DNA of 64,000 bases from Candidatus Saccharimonadales bacterium (GTDB lineage: Bacteria; Patescibacteriota; Saccharimonadia; Saccharimonadales; UBA4665). Below the pieces are notes generated by a model that saw nothing but the letters and a program-made list of their open reading frames with translations, was not told the DNA's origin and did no database searches. A program made the position numbers and the translations under genes. Positions 29,380 through 37,916 of the stretch are shown piece after piece. The stretch is taken from the NCBI GenBank assembly GCA_035276765.1, contig DATELH010000002.1, forward strand, positions 235,671 through 299,670, written 5' to 3'. Every line of letters starts with the position of its first letter. Positions within the stretch are counted from its first letter, which is position 1.

Positions 29380-29670
29380 GTGGAAGATATATCTAAAATT
29401 ACCAAACTCCGCGAAGAGATCGACCGGATCGACGAACAACTAGTGGCGCTTCTGAATAAGCGTGCGCAAGTGTCGCTCAAAATCCGCGTAGCCAAGGGCA
29501 GCTCCAGCATTTACCGCCCCGAGCGCGAAGCAGAAGTCATCAACAATGTGACTGCTGCAAGCAAGGGGCCGCTTTCTGGCGAAGCCATCGCCACGCTGTT
29601 TCACACAATCATTTATGTGTGTCGTAGTATCCAAGAGGTAAGTTTGCCCGAAAAGGCGCCGCGCAGGTAG
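29380..29670 (+). CDS. Chorismate mutase (AroQ-type, monofunctional)
   Basis: ITKLREEIDRIDEQLVALLNKRAQVSLKIRVAK...IYRPEREAEVI matches the AroQ helical pattern. The track start at 29344 overlaps the fusA terminator, so I prefer GTG 29380, which lies 6 nt after TATCAT (29368..29373). Confidence 0.7.
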   Translation: MEDISKITKLREEIDRIDEQLVALLNKRAQVSLKIRVAKGSSSIYRPEREAEVINNVTAASKGPLSGEAIATLFHTIIYVCRSIQEVSLPEKAPRR

Positions 29671-31062
29671 CTATTTGGTTGGCTTAGCCGGCCGGGCAAC
29701 ATACGTGCGGGTAGTGGAGCCGGCCAGCACGGCAGTTTTTCGCGCACGCACAAGTGCGGACACAGGCTCGGCTTGCGGATTGCGCTGCTCGGGTTTCTCG
29801 CCCACATATTGCCGCGTTGTTGCACCATGCAGTACGCTGCCACGCAGGGCATTGCGGTCGGCAAAGGCTTGGGCGATTTTCCGTTCCGGGTGTTCGTCGC
29901 CCAATACAAGGTCGGCCCGAGAAAGCTCGCGCGATTGACGCACGTATTCGGCAATGACCAGCTCGTCGTACAGCTTTTGCGTCTCTTTGGAGACGTTTTT
30001 GCCAGATACAATTAATACGAATGCTTCATCACCGGTAGCGTGTTCTCGTGCATAGGCCATGGGGAGAGCGGCAGCCGGCTCTACCTCAACACCCAACTGG
30101 TCGCTGAGGTAGCGACGGGCTTGTGCCAAACGCAACTTGTCGACCGTTGCAAACGAGTCCACAAAATCCTTATTGGCGGCGACGGCTAGGTTTCGCGCGT
30201 TCAGGCTTTCCTCGGTGATGGCAAGCGCATCGCAATCGGTATCTAGTTCACCTGATAAGAACAGGTCGACCGACTCCTCACCGGCTTGGATTTTAGCTAC
30301 GGCCCGGCCCGCTGCATCGGTGTTTTCGGGTTGCACTGCCACGACTTCAATGTTTGGCCCGAGCTCTCCAGTTGCCTGCGCCTCGCGAATGGGGAGGGCG
30401 ACACCCAGCACCAAGCCGAGCCCGGCCGCCGGCACAAGAACGACTGCTTTTTTATCGCCCTGTCCAAGTCCGCGTGCTTTGAAGTCTTCGACGAGTTCGT
30501 TACCGACACTCAGCTGGCCAGCAACTACATCTTCGTGGCCAAACGGTCCTACAACAGCCACGCCCGGTTCGCCCTCTCGCGCTTCGGCGGCAGTTTGCGC
30601 CAGTTTGAATGTCTCGTGAAAGTGAAGGGTGGCACCACCTTCGGCAAGCGGCGTCGCTTTGGCTTCGCTTGCCGATTTGGGCAGTTCGATCACTACTTCT
30701 TTGCCGTATTTTTTGCCAGCCAGCAGTACGCCACGACCGTGGTTGCCCGTGCTGTAGGTGACGATGGTGTTGGCTTCGGTTTGCATCACTGCGTTCGTAG
30801 CGCCGCGCCGCTTGTATGAACCGCTGTCTTGCTCGTACTCGGGCTTGACCAGCACGGGGCTGCCGTTGAGTGCGTCAACCTCTAAAAGTTCGGTGCGGGC
30901 CACGCCCATTTCGCCGTAAAACTGTGCGCGGTATTCAGTCTCGTCGCGCAGCGGCTGGCCGCGGTCGAGCACTTCGCGCGCCACCACACTGCTATCGGGC
31001 AATTCGGCTAAACTGAGCGGCCTCTCCGCAGGTAGTGGCGTTTGTTCAAGCGTTGCAGTCAT
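29671..31062 (-). CDS. PLP-dependent threonine/serine dehydratase-like enzyme (fold type II) with N- and C-terminal extensions
   Basis: 463 aa with the PLP-lysine context SGSYKRRGATN, YSTGNHGRGV, VAGQLSVGNELVEDF, VVAVQPENTDA, EPAAALPMAY and LIVSGKNV. The SD AAGGAG lies 5 nt before the ATG. Confidence 0.75.
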   Translation of the reverse strand: MTATLEQTPLPAERPLSLAELPDSSVVAREVLDRGQPLRDETEYRAQFYGEMGVARTELLEVDALNGSPVLVKPEYEQDSGSYKRRGATNAVMQTEANTIVTYSTGNHGRGVLLAGKKYGKEVVIELPKSASEAKATPLAEGGATLHFHETFKLAQTAAEAREGEPGVAVVGPFGHEDVVAGQLSVGNELVEDFKARGLGQGDKKAVVLVPAAGLGLVLGVALPIREAQATGELGPNIEVVAVQPENTDAAGRAVAKIQAGEESVDLFLSGELDTDCDALAITEESLNARNLAVAANKDFVDSFATVDKLRLAQARRYLSDQLGVEVEPAAALPMAYAREHATGDEAFVLIVSGKNVSKETQKLYDELVIAEYVRQSRELSRADLVLGDEHPERKIAQAFADRNALRGSVLHGATTRQYVGEKPEQRNPQAEPVSALVRARKTAVLAGSTTRTYVARPAKPTK

Positions 31063-31079
31063 GATTTCTCCTTATAATA

Positions 31080-31108
31080 AAAATCCCCGGAGTTGTTCCG
31101 GGGATTTT
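31080..31108 (-). terminator. Intrinsic terminator of the putative Ile attenuator
   Basis: Minus strand reads AAAATCCCCGGA-ACAAC-TCCGGGGATTTT followed by TATTAT. It lies immediately 5' of the SD of the dehydratase-like gene. Confidence 0.75.
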
Positions 31109-31138
31109 GACTAGCTAAAATTTTAGTATGCCATTAAA

Positions 31139-31195
31139 TCACCCGGCGCTCGGGAGGATAATAATGGCAATAATGTTTTGGCGTGTCACCAACAT
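31139..31195 (-). CDS. Putative attenuation leader peptide MLVTRQNIIAIIILPSAG (18 aa)
   Basis: Hand translation of the minus strand gives five Ile codons among codons 8-13. The stop TGA lies inside the anti-terminator arm. The ATG is 7 nt after a CATACT -10 box. Confidence 0.6.
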   Translation of the reverse strand: MLVTRQNIIAIIILPSAG

Positions 31196-31202
31196 ATGCG
31201 CA

Positions 31203-31231
31203 AGTATGTACCTTAATGCTTAAAAATGCAA
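31203..31231 (-). promoter_or_regulatory. Putative promoter of the Ile leader (TTGCAT-17-CATACT)
   Basis: Minus strand has TTGCAT at 31231..31226, a 17-nt spacer, and CATACT at 31208..31203. It sits back-to-back with the tuf promoter. Confidence 0.55.
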
Positions 31232-31238
31232 ATTTTAC

Positions 31239-31267
31239 TTTACACCGGAGTTAGTTTTCGATACAAT
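31239..31267 (+). promoter_or_regulatory. Putative tuf promoter (TTTACA-17-TACAAT)
   Basis: TTTACA at 31239..31244, a 17-nt spacer, and TACAAT at 31262..31267. The ~70-nt leader ends in AAGGAG. Confidence 0.6.
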
Positions 31268-31340
31268 ACTCTGGTCACTGGTGTGAGTTCTTTACGTTCA
31301 TCCGCCACACAGTACTAAAGTTATAAAGGAGTCATCTTTA

Positions 31341-32525
<1,185 letters not shown>

Positions 32526-32543
32526 TTGATCGTGTAACCACCC

Positions 32544-32579
32544 AAAATACCCGGGACGAAACTCCCGGGTATTTTATTT
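32544..32579 (+). terminator. Intrinsic terminator after tuf
   Basis: A 12-bp stem AAAATACCCGGG / CCCGGGTATTTT followed by ATTT. Confidence 0.85.
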
Positions 32580-32606
32580 GCAATAACACCTATAAAAAGC
32601 TATAAT
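32578..32606 (+). promoter_or_regulatory. Putative rpsJ promoter (TTGCAA-17-TATAAT)
   Basis: TTGCAA at 32578..32583, a 17-nt spacer, and TATAAT at 32601..32606. Confidence 0.65.
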
Positions 32607-32689
32607 ACACACCATATATTAATTATGCCGAGAACTCGGTTGTGAAAAACCAACAGAGGTTACGGCATCGCACGAGAAGGATTTACCCT

Positions 32690-33016
32690 ATGGTTGAACC
32701 CAAAAAAGACCAAAAACAACGGATCCGTATTCGCCTGAAGGCTTACGACCACAAAGTAATCGACCAAGCCGCAAAGCAAATCGTCGATACAGCGTTGCGC
32801 ACCGGCGCAACCATTGCCGGTCCAATTCCGCTGCCAACCGACCGCAGTGTCTTTACCGTGGTTAAAAGTCCGAACGTCTACAAAAAAGGCCGCGAGCAGT
32901 TCGAAATGCGTGTCCACAAGCGCCTGATCGATGTCACCGACCCGACACCCAAAACCATCGACAGCCTGACCAATCTCAGCCTGCCTGCCGGTTGCGATGT
33001 CGAAATCAAGATGTAA
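32690..33016 (+). CDS. rpsJ: 30S ribosomal protein S10
   Basis: [26 protein letters not shown]... The start was chosen at the ATG after GAAGGA. The track start at 32642 adds 16 basic residues that are likely spurious. Confidence 0.95.
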   Translation: MVEPKKDQKQRIRIRLKAYDHKVIDQAAKQIVDTALRTGATIAGPIPLPTDRSVFTVVKSPNVYKKGREQFEMRVHKRLIDVTDPTPKTIDSLTNLSLPAGCDVEIKM

Positions 33017-33038
33017 TTCCTCTAATATTTATGAAAGG

Positions 33039-33062
33039 TCGCCCGGGCTAACGGGCGATTTT
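33039..33062 (+). terminator. Intrinsic terminator directly after rpsJ
   Basis: Stem TCGCCCG / CGGGCGA, loop GGCTAA, followed by TTTTC. Confidence 0.6.
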
Positions 33063-33067
33063 CATGC

Positions 33068-33622
33068 ATGTCTTCAATCTCTACGCATGAATTTTTGATT
33101 CCTGCGGAGCTTCATAATTCGCAGGCAGAGCATGCGGCGGCGGCATTTTCGAGCGAGCTGGCGCAGCTGCTTGACGCGTACGAACATCCGGACTACTTGT
33201 TGCTGGCCTACTATGCAGCAGACAAGCCGCCGCTTTCCAATGGTGGCAACCAACTGCAGCCACCGCCTGGCTATCCACCGGCGTTTGAGCTCAGCAAACG
33301 TAGCTCGAATACGTATGAAGCAGAGGCAGTGCTGCCGTTTTCGACTAAGGTGGTAGGGGTGGGTACCTGCGCCGTCGCTTTTAACGTGCTAGTGCCACCA
33401 GAGGGCTACGTCGGCCTGCCCATCAGGATCAACAAGCTTGCCCGGCATTTTTGGATGGGCGCCGGCCGGCATCAGTTCAGCAATATTTCCGCCAAGCAGC
33501 AAGAAGCTTCAGCGGCCATCAAAGGCTTGGCCGATAGTTTGCATGAACTGCGCACAGGCAAGAAAATAGTAGGTGGGAAGTATGCCTGGTGGTGCGACGG
33601 CAGCATGGGCGAGCCGTGCTAA
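33068..33622 (+). CDS. Hypothetical protein (orphan)
   Basis: 184-aa ORF with no family recognised. Confidence 0.5.
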   Translation: MSSISTHEFLIPAELHNSQAEHAAAAFSSELAQLLDAYEHPDYLLLAYYAADKPPLSNGGNQLQPPPGYPPAFELSKRSSNTYEAEAVLPFSTKVVGVGTCAVAFNVLVPPEGYVGLPIRINKLARHFWMGAGRHQFSNISAKQQEASAAIKGLADSLHELRTGKKIVGGKYAWWCDGSMGEPC

Positions 33623-33623
33623 C

Positions 33624-34460
33624 TTAAGCTACTTGCGTAGCTCGAAGTTTCTTGGCCGCAGCTTGGTGTGCAGCCCGGACAGCTTGCCCGATATTGTGCG
33701 ACGTATAATAATGGTAGGCGGCCGCAGCATCGAACACATCGCCGCAGCCTACAGAATCAATAATTTGCTCTGGCGGTATGGGAGTAGTTGGAATATGTGC
33801 GGCTTGGCTGCGCGTGAATACGCTGGCGCCTTTTTCACCCTGAGTAACAATAATCTTACCTTTGAGCTCTTTTGACCATTCTGCGGCCAAGGTCAGGGCG
33901 GCGGGACTATCTTCTTCGGAATAAATGGCAAGATCGAAGGCCGGCAAAATAATTGACGCCTCTACAAAATCGCGTGGCACGACGAGTCCTTCAGGGGTAA
34001 TGGCGCGCAAATATCCTTGCGGGCACAAAACTTTGAGTGCTTGCGGTCGGACATGATGCATGAGTTTGGCGATATATGCTGGCGAGTAGTTCGGCAGGAG
34101 CGTAGCCACAATAACAATGTCGGCTTGCTCGAGTTCAGAAATAGCCGCCGCAGTCAGTTCGGGTTCACCGGCGTATTCGATATTGTAGCAGCGCCAAATC
34201 CGTGGCTGAACGCTGGTATCGTTTTCGTAGCGCAAGCTCTGAGCTTGTGTTGGCTGCTGCGCAATAAACCGAACGCCTGGAGTATAGGGCAGCAAGTCAG
34301 GCCCGTACTGCGTCAATACGCCAGCTTGCAAGCCATACATTCGCCGAAACACATCTTCGATATACAGTACGGATGAGCCCCAACCGGTGTACGAAGCATG
34401 CTCAGTGGTATTCTGGTCGATGCACACATGTCCAACAATAACGATTTTGGATGTTTTCAC
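33624..34460 (-). CDS. PfkB-like carbohydrate/nucleoside kinase family protein
   Basis: 278 aa with N-terminal KIVIVGHVCIDQN and a C-terminal signature-like VGCGDVFDAAAA. It uses a GTG start. Confidence 0.6.
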   Translation of the reverse strand: MKTSKIVIVGHVCIDQNTTEHASYTGWGSSVLYIEDVFRRMYGLQAGVLTQYGPDLLPYTPGVRFIAQQPTQAQSLRYENDTSVQPRIWRCYNIEYAGEPELTAAAISELEQADIVIVATLLPNYSPAYIAKLMHHVRPQALKVLCPQGYLRAITPEGLVVPRDFVEASIILPAFDLAIYSEEDSPAALTLAAEWSKELKGKIIVTQGEKGASVFTRSQAAHIPTTPIPPEQIIDSVGCGDVFDAAAAYHYYTSHNIGQAVRAAHQAAAKKLRATQVA

Positions 34461-34510
34461 TCTGCAAGCGAGTATAGCAGCTTTTTGCCAAAGTGCGGTA
34501 CACTAAATGC

Positions 34511-34807
34511 ATGCCAAAACGAAAACAAAAATCTGTGAGTACGCGCGCCAAAATCGCCACTGCCAGCCAAGAATACGACAGCGTGTTTCTGCTAAAAATC
34601 GCGCTCTATCTCATACTGGGCTCGATGTGGCTTAAGTTGTCGCACGGCAATAATGTGCAGTTACCAATTCCAGTAGGATTGGTGGTGGGCGTTGTGTTTG
34701 CATTCCACGACCATTTCCAAATCGACCGCAAAATCGAATATGCAGTGTTGCTCGTCGCCATGCTCATTGGCTTTTTTATGCCGTTTGGTTTGTATATTAG
34801 CTTTTAA
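34511..34807 (+). CDS. Small membrane protein (2-3 predicted TM helices)
   Basis: MPKRKQKS... is followed by hydrophobic segments. TACACT at 34499..34504 lies 6 nt before ATG 34511. The track start is 34493. Confidence 0.55.
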   Translation: MPKRKQKSVSTRAKIATASQEYDSVFLLKIALYLILGSMWLKLSHGNNVQLPIPVGLVVGVVFAFHDHFQIDRKIEYAVLLVAMLIGFFMPFGLYISF

Positions 34808-34834
34808 TAACCTCACCGTGCTAAGATGTAAAGC

Positions 34835-35215
34835 ATGTTTGAGACAGGCAAATCAGAACTTGCGCCCCGCTCGCTCTTGGCGGCAGCAATGGCTAGCGGC
34901 GCACTGCTTTTAAGTGCTTGCGGACAAACAACGCCGCCCACTCCCGAGAATGTCCAAAGCGAAATACAATACGTACAACTACCTAATGTGAAGACGCCAA
35001 AAGGCGAACCAGTAAAGTGTGTGCTGTACGCCAACGGCTCGCGGAACACGCAAGATTCGCATTCTTGGTTTGCGCTAACCTGCGACTTTGCCGGCGCGGC
35101 GCAGTTTCCGGCTGGTCAATTCCCACCAGCGCCCAACGACCTAGCGCCAACGCCAATGTCTTCACTTGCTTCTATTCCACAAACCAGTACTCCGCTGCCA
35201 GCCTCCACACACTAG
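34835..35215 (+). CDS. Putative lipoprotein
   Basis: Signal peptide with lipobox LLLSAC-G. An extended -10 TGCTAAGAT ends 7 nt before the ATG. Confidence 0.6.
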   Translation: MFETGKSELAPRSLLAAAMASGALLLSACGQTTPPTPENVQSEIQYVQLPNVKTPKGEPVKCVLYANGSRNTQDSHSWFALTCDFAGAAQFPAGQFPPAPNDLAPTPMSSLASIPQTSTPLPASTH

Positions 35216-35238
35216 ACAATGTGTAGAATACACAACAC

Positions 35239-35268
35239 ATTGACAGGAGTAGCGGTTTGCTGCTACAC
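35239..35268 (+). promoter_or_regulatory. Putative promoter for rplC and downstream genes (TTGACA-18-TACACT)
   Basis: TTGACA at 35239..35244, an 18-nt spacer, and TACACT at 35263..35268. It would give a ~150-nt leader before rplC. Confidence 0.55.
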
Positions 35269-35427
35269 TGTTCTGGTATAGCAAATTTCTGTACTTGGTG
35301 ATTTGGGAAGGTCCGATCGTAACAGATCAGAAACCGCCCGGAGCCGAGCCTTTTTATGTCACTGGCATAAAAATAGGTGGAGCAACAGATAAACATTGCG
35401 GCGGCCAAGCGCTTGCATGGAGATACT

Positions 35428-36045
35428 ATGAAAGCACTCATCACCCGAAAGGTTGGCATGACGAGTACCATCGCTGAAGACGGTACTGTGCAGGCTATTA
35501 CCTTGCTTTCCGCTAGTCCTTGCGTCATCACGCAAGTCAAAACCGATGAAAACGACGGCTACGTGGCCGTGCAGCTCGGTTTTGAGGAAGCAAAAGAAAA
35601 AAACGTTGCCAAAGCGCAGCAAGGTCACTTTAAGGCAGCCGGCGTCCTCCCGAAGATTATTCGTGAGTTCCGCGTTCCCGAAATCACTGAAGACCTCAAG
35701 GTTGGAGAAAAAATCAACCCCGAGGTCTTTTCAATTGGCGACGCAATCGACGCTACCGGCACCAGCAAAGGTAAAGGCTGGGCTGGCACCATCAAGCGTC
35801 ACAACTTCCACCGGGGTCGCAAAACACACGGTGGCCGCAGCTACCGCCGCCCTGGTTCAATCGGTTCAATGTACCCTCAGCACATTTTCAAGGGCAAAAA
35901 GATGGCTGGCCAGATGGGCTACGAGCAAGTAACCGTCAAGAACCTCAAGGTTGCTTTGGTTGATACTGAGCTCGGCGTGATCGGTGTTACTGGCGCCGTG
36001 CCTGGTCCGCGCAAAGGCATCGTCGTTATCAAGGAGGCAAAATAA
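35428..36045 (+). CDS. rplC: 50S ribosomal protein L3
   Basis: MKALITRKVGMTS... and GKGWAGTIKRHNF. GGAG precedes ATG 35428. The track start is 35377. Confidence 0.95.
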   Translation: MKALITRKVGMTSTIAEDGTVQAITLLSASPCVITQVKTDENDGYVAVQLGFEEAKEKNVAKAQQGHFKAAGVLPKIIREFRVPEITEDLKVGEKINPEVFSIGDAIDATGTSKGKGWAGTIKRHNFHRGRKTHGGRSYRRPGSIGSMYPQHIFKGKKMAGQMGYEQVTVKNLKVALVDTELGVIGVTGAVPGPRKGIVVIKEAK

Positions 36046-36683
36046 TGGCTGTTTCTACTTTTACCAAGAGCGGCACCAAAGCCACCACTACGGCCAAGCT
36101 CAACAAAGACGTATTTGAAGTGATGCCCGAAAACCACGACTTGCTCAAGCTCGCCTATGTTGCATATTTAGCCAACGGCCGCGAAAACCTGGCCGTCGTA
36201 AAGACGCGTGGTTTAGTAAGCGGCGGTGGCCGCAAACCCTGGAAACAAAAGGGCACCGGCCGCGCACGTTTCGGCTCAAGCCGTAACCCAATCTGGCGCG
36301 GTGGCGGTATCGTCTTCGGCCCAACCGGTGAAGAAAACTACACCAAAAAAGTCCCGGTCGTTGTCAAGCGCCAGGCAATTCGCCAAGCATTGAGCCTGGC
36401 CGCAAGCGAAAACCGTATCAAAGTTATCGAAACGGTCGCTAGCAAAGACGGCAAGGTTGCAGCGGTTGCAGACTTGCTTGCCAAGATTGATGCCAAGGGG
36501 TCGGTGCTGATTGCCGTTGACCACAAAGAAGATTTGCTGGTGCGCGCAACCAATAACTTGCCAAATGTTAAGCTCGTGCAGGCAAACTACCTCAACGTCT
36601 ACGACATCTTGAACGCTGACGTTGTAGTGCTCACCGAAAAGGCCCTTGCAATGGTCCACGAATGGCTCGGAGGTAAGAAATAA
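36045..36683 (+). CDS. rplD: 50S ribosomal protein L4
   Basis: 212 aa with KPWKQKGTGRARFGS, in the expected S10-operon position. Confidence 0.95.
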   Translation: MAVSTFTKSGTKATTTAKLNKDVFEVMPENHDLLKLAYVAYLANGRENLAVVKTRGLVSGGGRKPWKQKGTGRARFGSSRNPIWRGGGIVFGPTGEENYTKKVPVVVKRQAIRQALSLAASENRIKVIETVASKDGKVAAVADLLAKIDAKGSVLIAVDHKEDLLVRATNNLPNVKLVQANYLNVYDILNADVVVLTEKALAMVHEWLGGKK

Positions 36684-37069
36684 TGGAAAGCAAAACACTG
36701 GTACTCAAACCTCGTTTGAGCGAAAAAACCTATGGTCTCAGTGAAACTGGCAACGTATACGTATTTGTTGTGCCAGGCGACGCCACCAAGCACACCGTAG
36801 CCCGCGCCGTAGAAGTCCAGTTCGAGGTAACGGTTTTAACCGTGAACATGGTCAACGTAAAAGGCAAGGTGAAGCGAACTGTCAAAAAAGGCGGCCGCGC
36901 AGTAAGCGGCGCTCGTTCAGACACCAAAAAAGCCTATGTAACACTCAAGGCTGGCGACAAACTGCCATTCTTTGAGAGCATCAAAGAAGAAGAGCAAAAG
37001 GCCGAAGAAACCGAAAAGAAGCTCGCCAAAGCCGCTGAAAAAGCAGCTAAGAAAGAAGGGAAGAAGTAA
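36683..37069 (+). CDS. rplW: 50S ribosomal protein L23 (with Lys/Glu-rich C-terminal tail)
   Basis: 128 aa. The L23 core is LKPRLSEKTY...YVFVVPGDATKHTV, and the tail is EEEQKAEETEKKLAKAAEKAAKKEGKK. Confidence 0.93.
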   Translation: MESKTLVLKPRLSEKTYGLSETGNVYVFVVPGDATKHTVARAVEVQFEVTVLTVNMVNVKGKVKRTVKKGGRAVSGARSDTKKAYVTLKAGDKLPFFESIKEEEQKAEETEKKLAKAAEKAAKKEGKK

Positions 37070-37905
37070 TGGCCATTCAAGCACATAAGCCGACCACTCC
37101 TGGCCGCCGAGGCATGACGAGCCAGGACTTCGATGGTATTACAACCAAGAAGCCGTTGCGCTCGCTTGTTGTGAGCAAGCGCCGCACCAACGGCCGCAAT
37201 AACCAAGGTCGCATTACCACCCGTCACCGCGGTGGTGGCGCTCGCAAGTTCTACCGTTTGGTAAACTTCGCGCTCGAACAAGGCGCTACCGCGACAATTG
37301 AACACATCGAGTACGACCCGAATCGCTCAGCCCGCATCGCCCGCATCAAAGACGACAAGGGCACATACCACTACATTCTCGCTTCGGGCGGGATGCAGGT
37401 AGGCCAAACCATTCACAGCGGCGAAGAGGTGCCTATTGAAAATGGCAACCGCTTGCCACTCAAAAACATCCCTGTCGGTAGCACCATCCACGCAATCGAG
37501 TTGCAGCCAGGCCGCGGCGCTCAATTGGTACGCAGCGCTGGCAACAGCGCCCAGCTGATGGCCAAAGAAGGCGAGTACGGCCAAGTCCGCTTGCCATCGG
37601 GCGAAGTCCGCTTGGTTCATCTGGAATGCACTGCCAGCCTCGGCACCATCGGCAACGAGCAGCACCAGAACATCAAGATTGGTAAGGCTGGCCGCAACCG
37701 CCACTTGGGTAAGCGCCCGGGTGTCCGCGGTGTTGTCATGAACGCCGTCGATCACCCGCATGGTGGTGGTGACGGCGGTCGACACCGTATGGCAAAGGCA
37801 CCACGCACGCCTTGGGGTCAAAAGACCCTGGGCTACAAGACCCGCCGCCGCAAGAGCACTAGCCAGTTTATCGTAAGAAGCCGTCACGCGGCCAAGAGAA
37901 AGTAA
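37069..37905 (+). CDS. rplB: 50S ribosomal protein L2
   Basis: 278 aa with GRNNQGRITTRHRGGG and VMNAVDHPHGGG. Confidence 0.97.
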   Translation: MAIQAHKPTTPGRRGMTSQDFDGITTKKPLRSLVVSKRRTNGRNNQGRITTRHRGGGARKFYRLVNFALEQGATATIEHIEYDPNRSARIARIKDDKGTYHYILASGGMQVGQTIHSGEEVPIENGNRLPLKNIPVGSTIHAIELQPGRGAQLVRSAGNSAQLMAKEGEYGQVRLPSGEVRLVHLECTASLGTIGNEQHQNIKIGKAGRNRHLGKRPGVRGVVMNAVDHPHGGGDGGRHRMAKAPRTPWGQKTLGYKTRRRKSTSQFIVRSRHAAKRK

Positions 37906-37916
37906 GAGGTTAACCG

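Noticed and set aside
32642-32689. Upstream-extended starts offered by the ORF track for rpsJ (32642), rpsL (25989), rplC (35377), gdh (61855), hisS (11830), orf 11838, orf 15624, orf 34493 and the chorismate mutase (29344).
   Set aside because: In each case an internal start codon is preceded by an SD or by a -10 box at leaderless spacing. The extension also adds non-conserved residues or overlaps a promoter or terminator.
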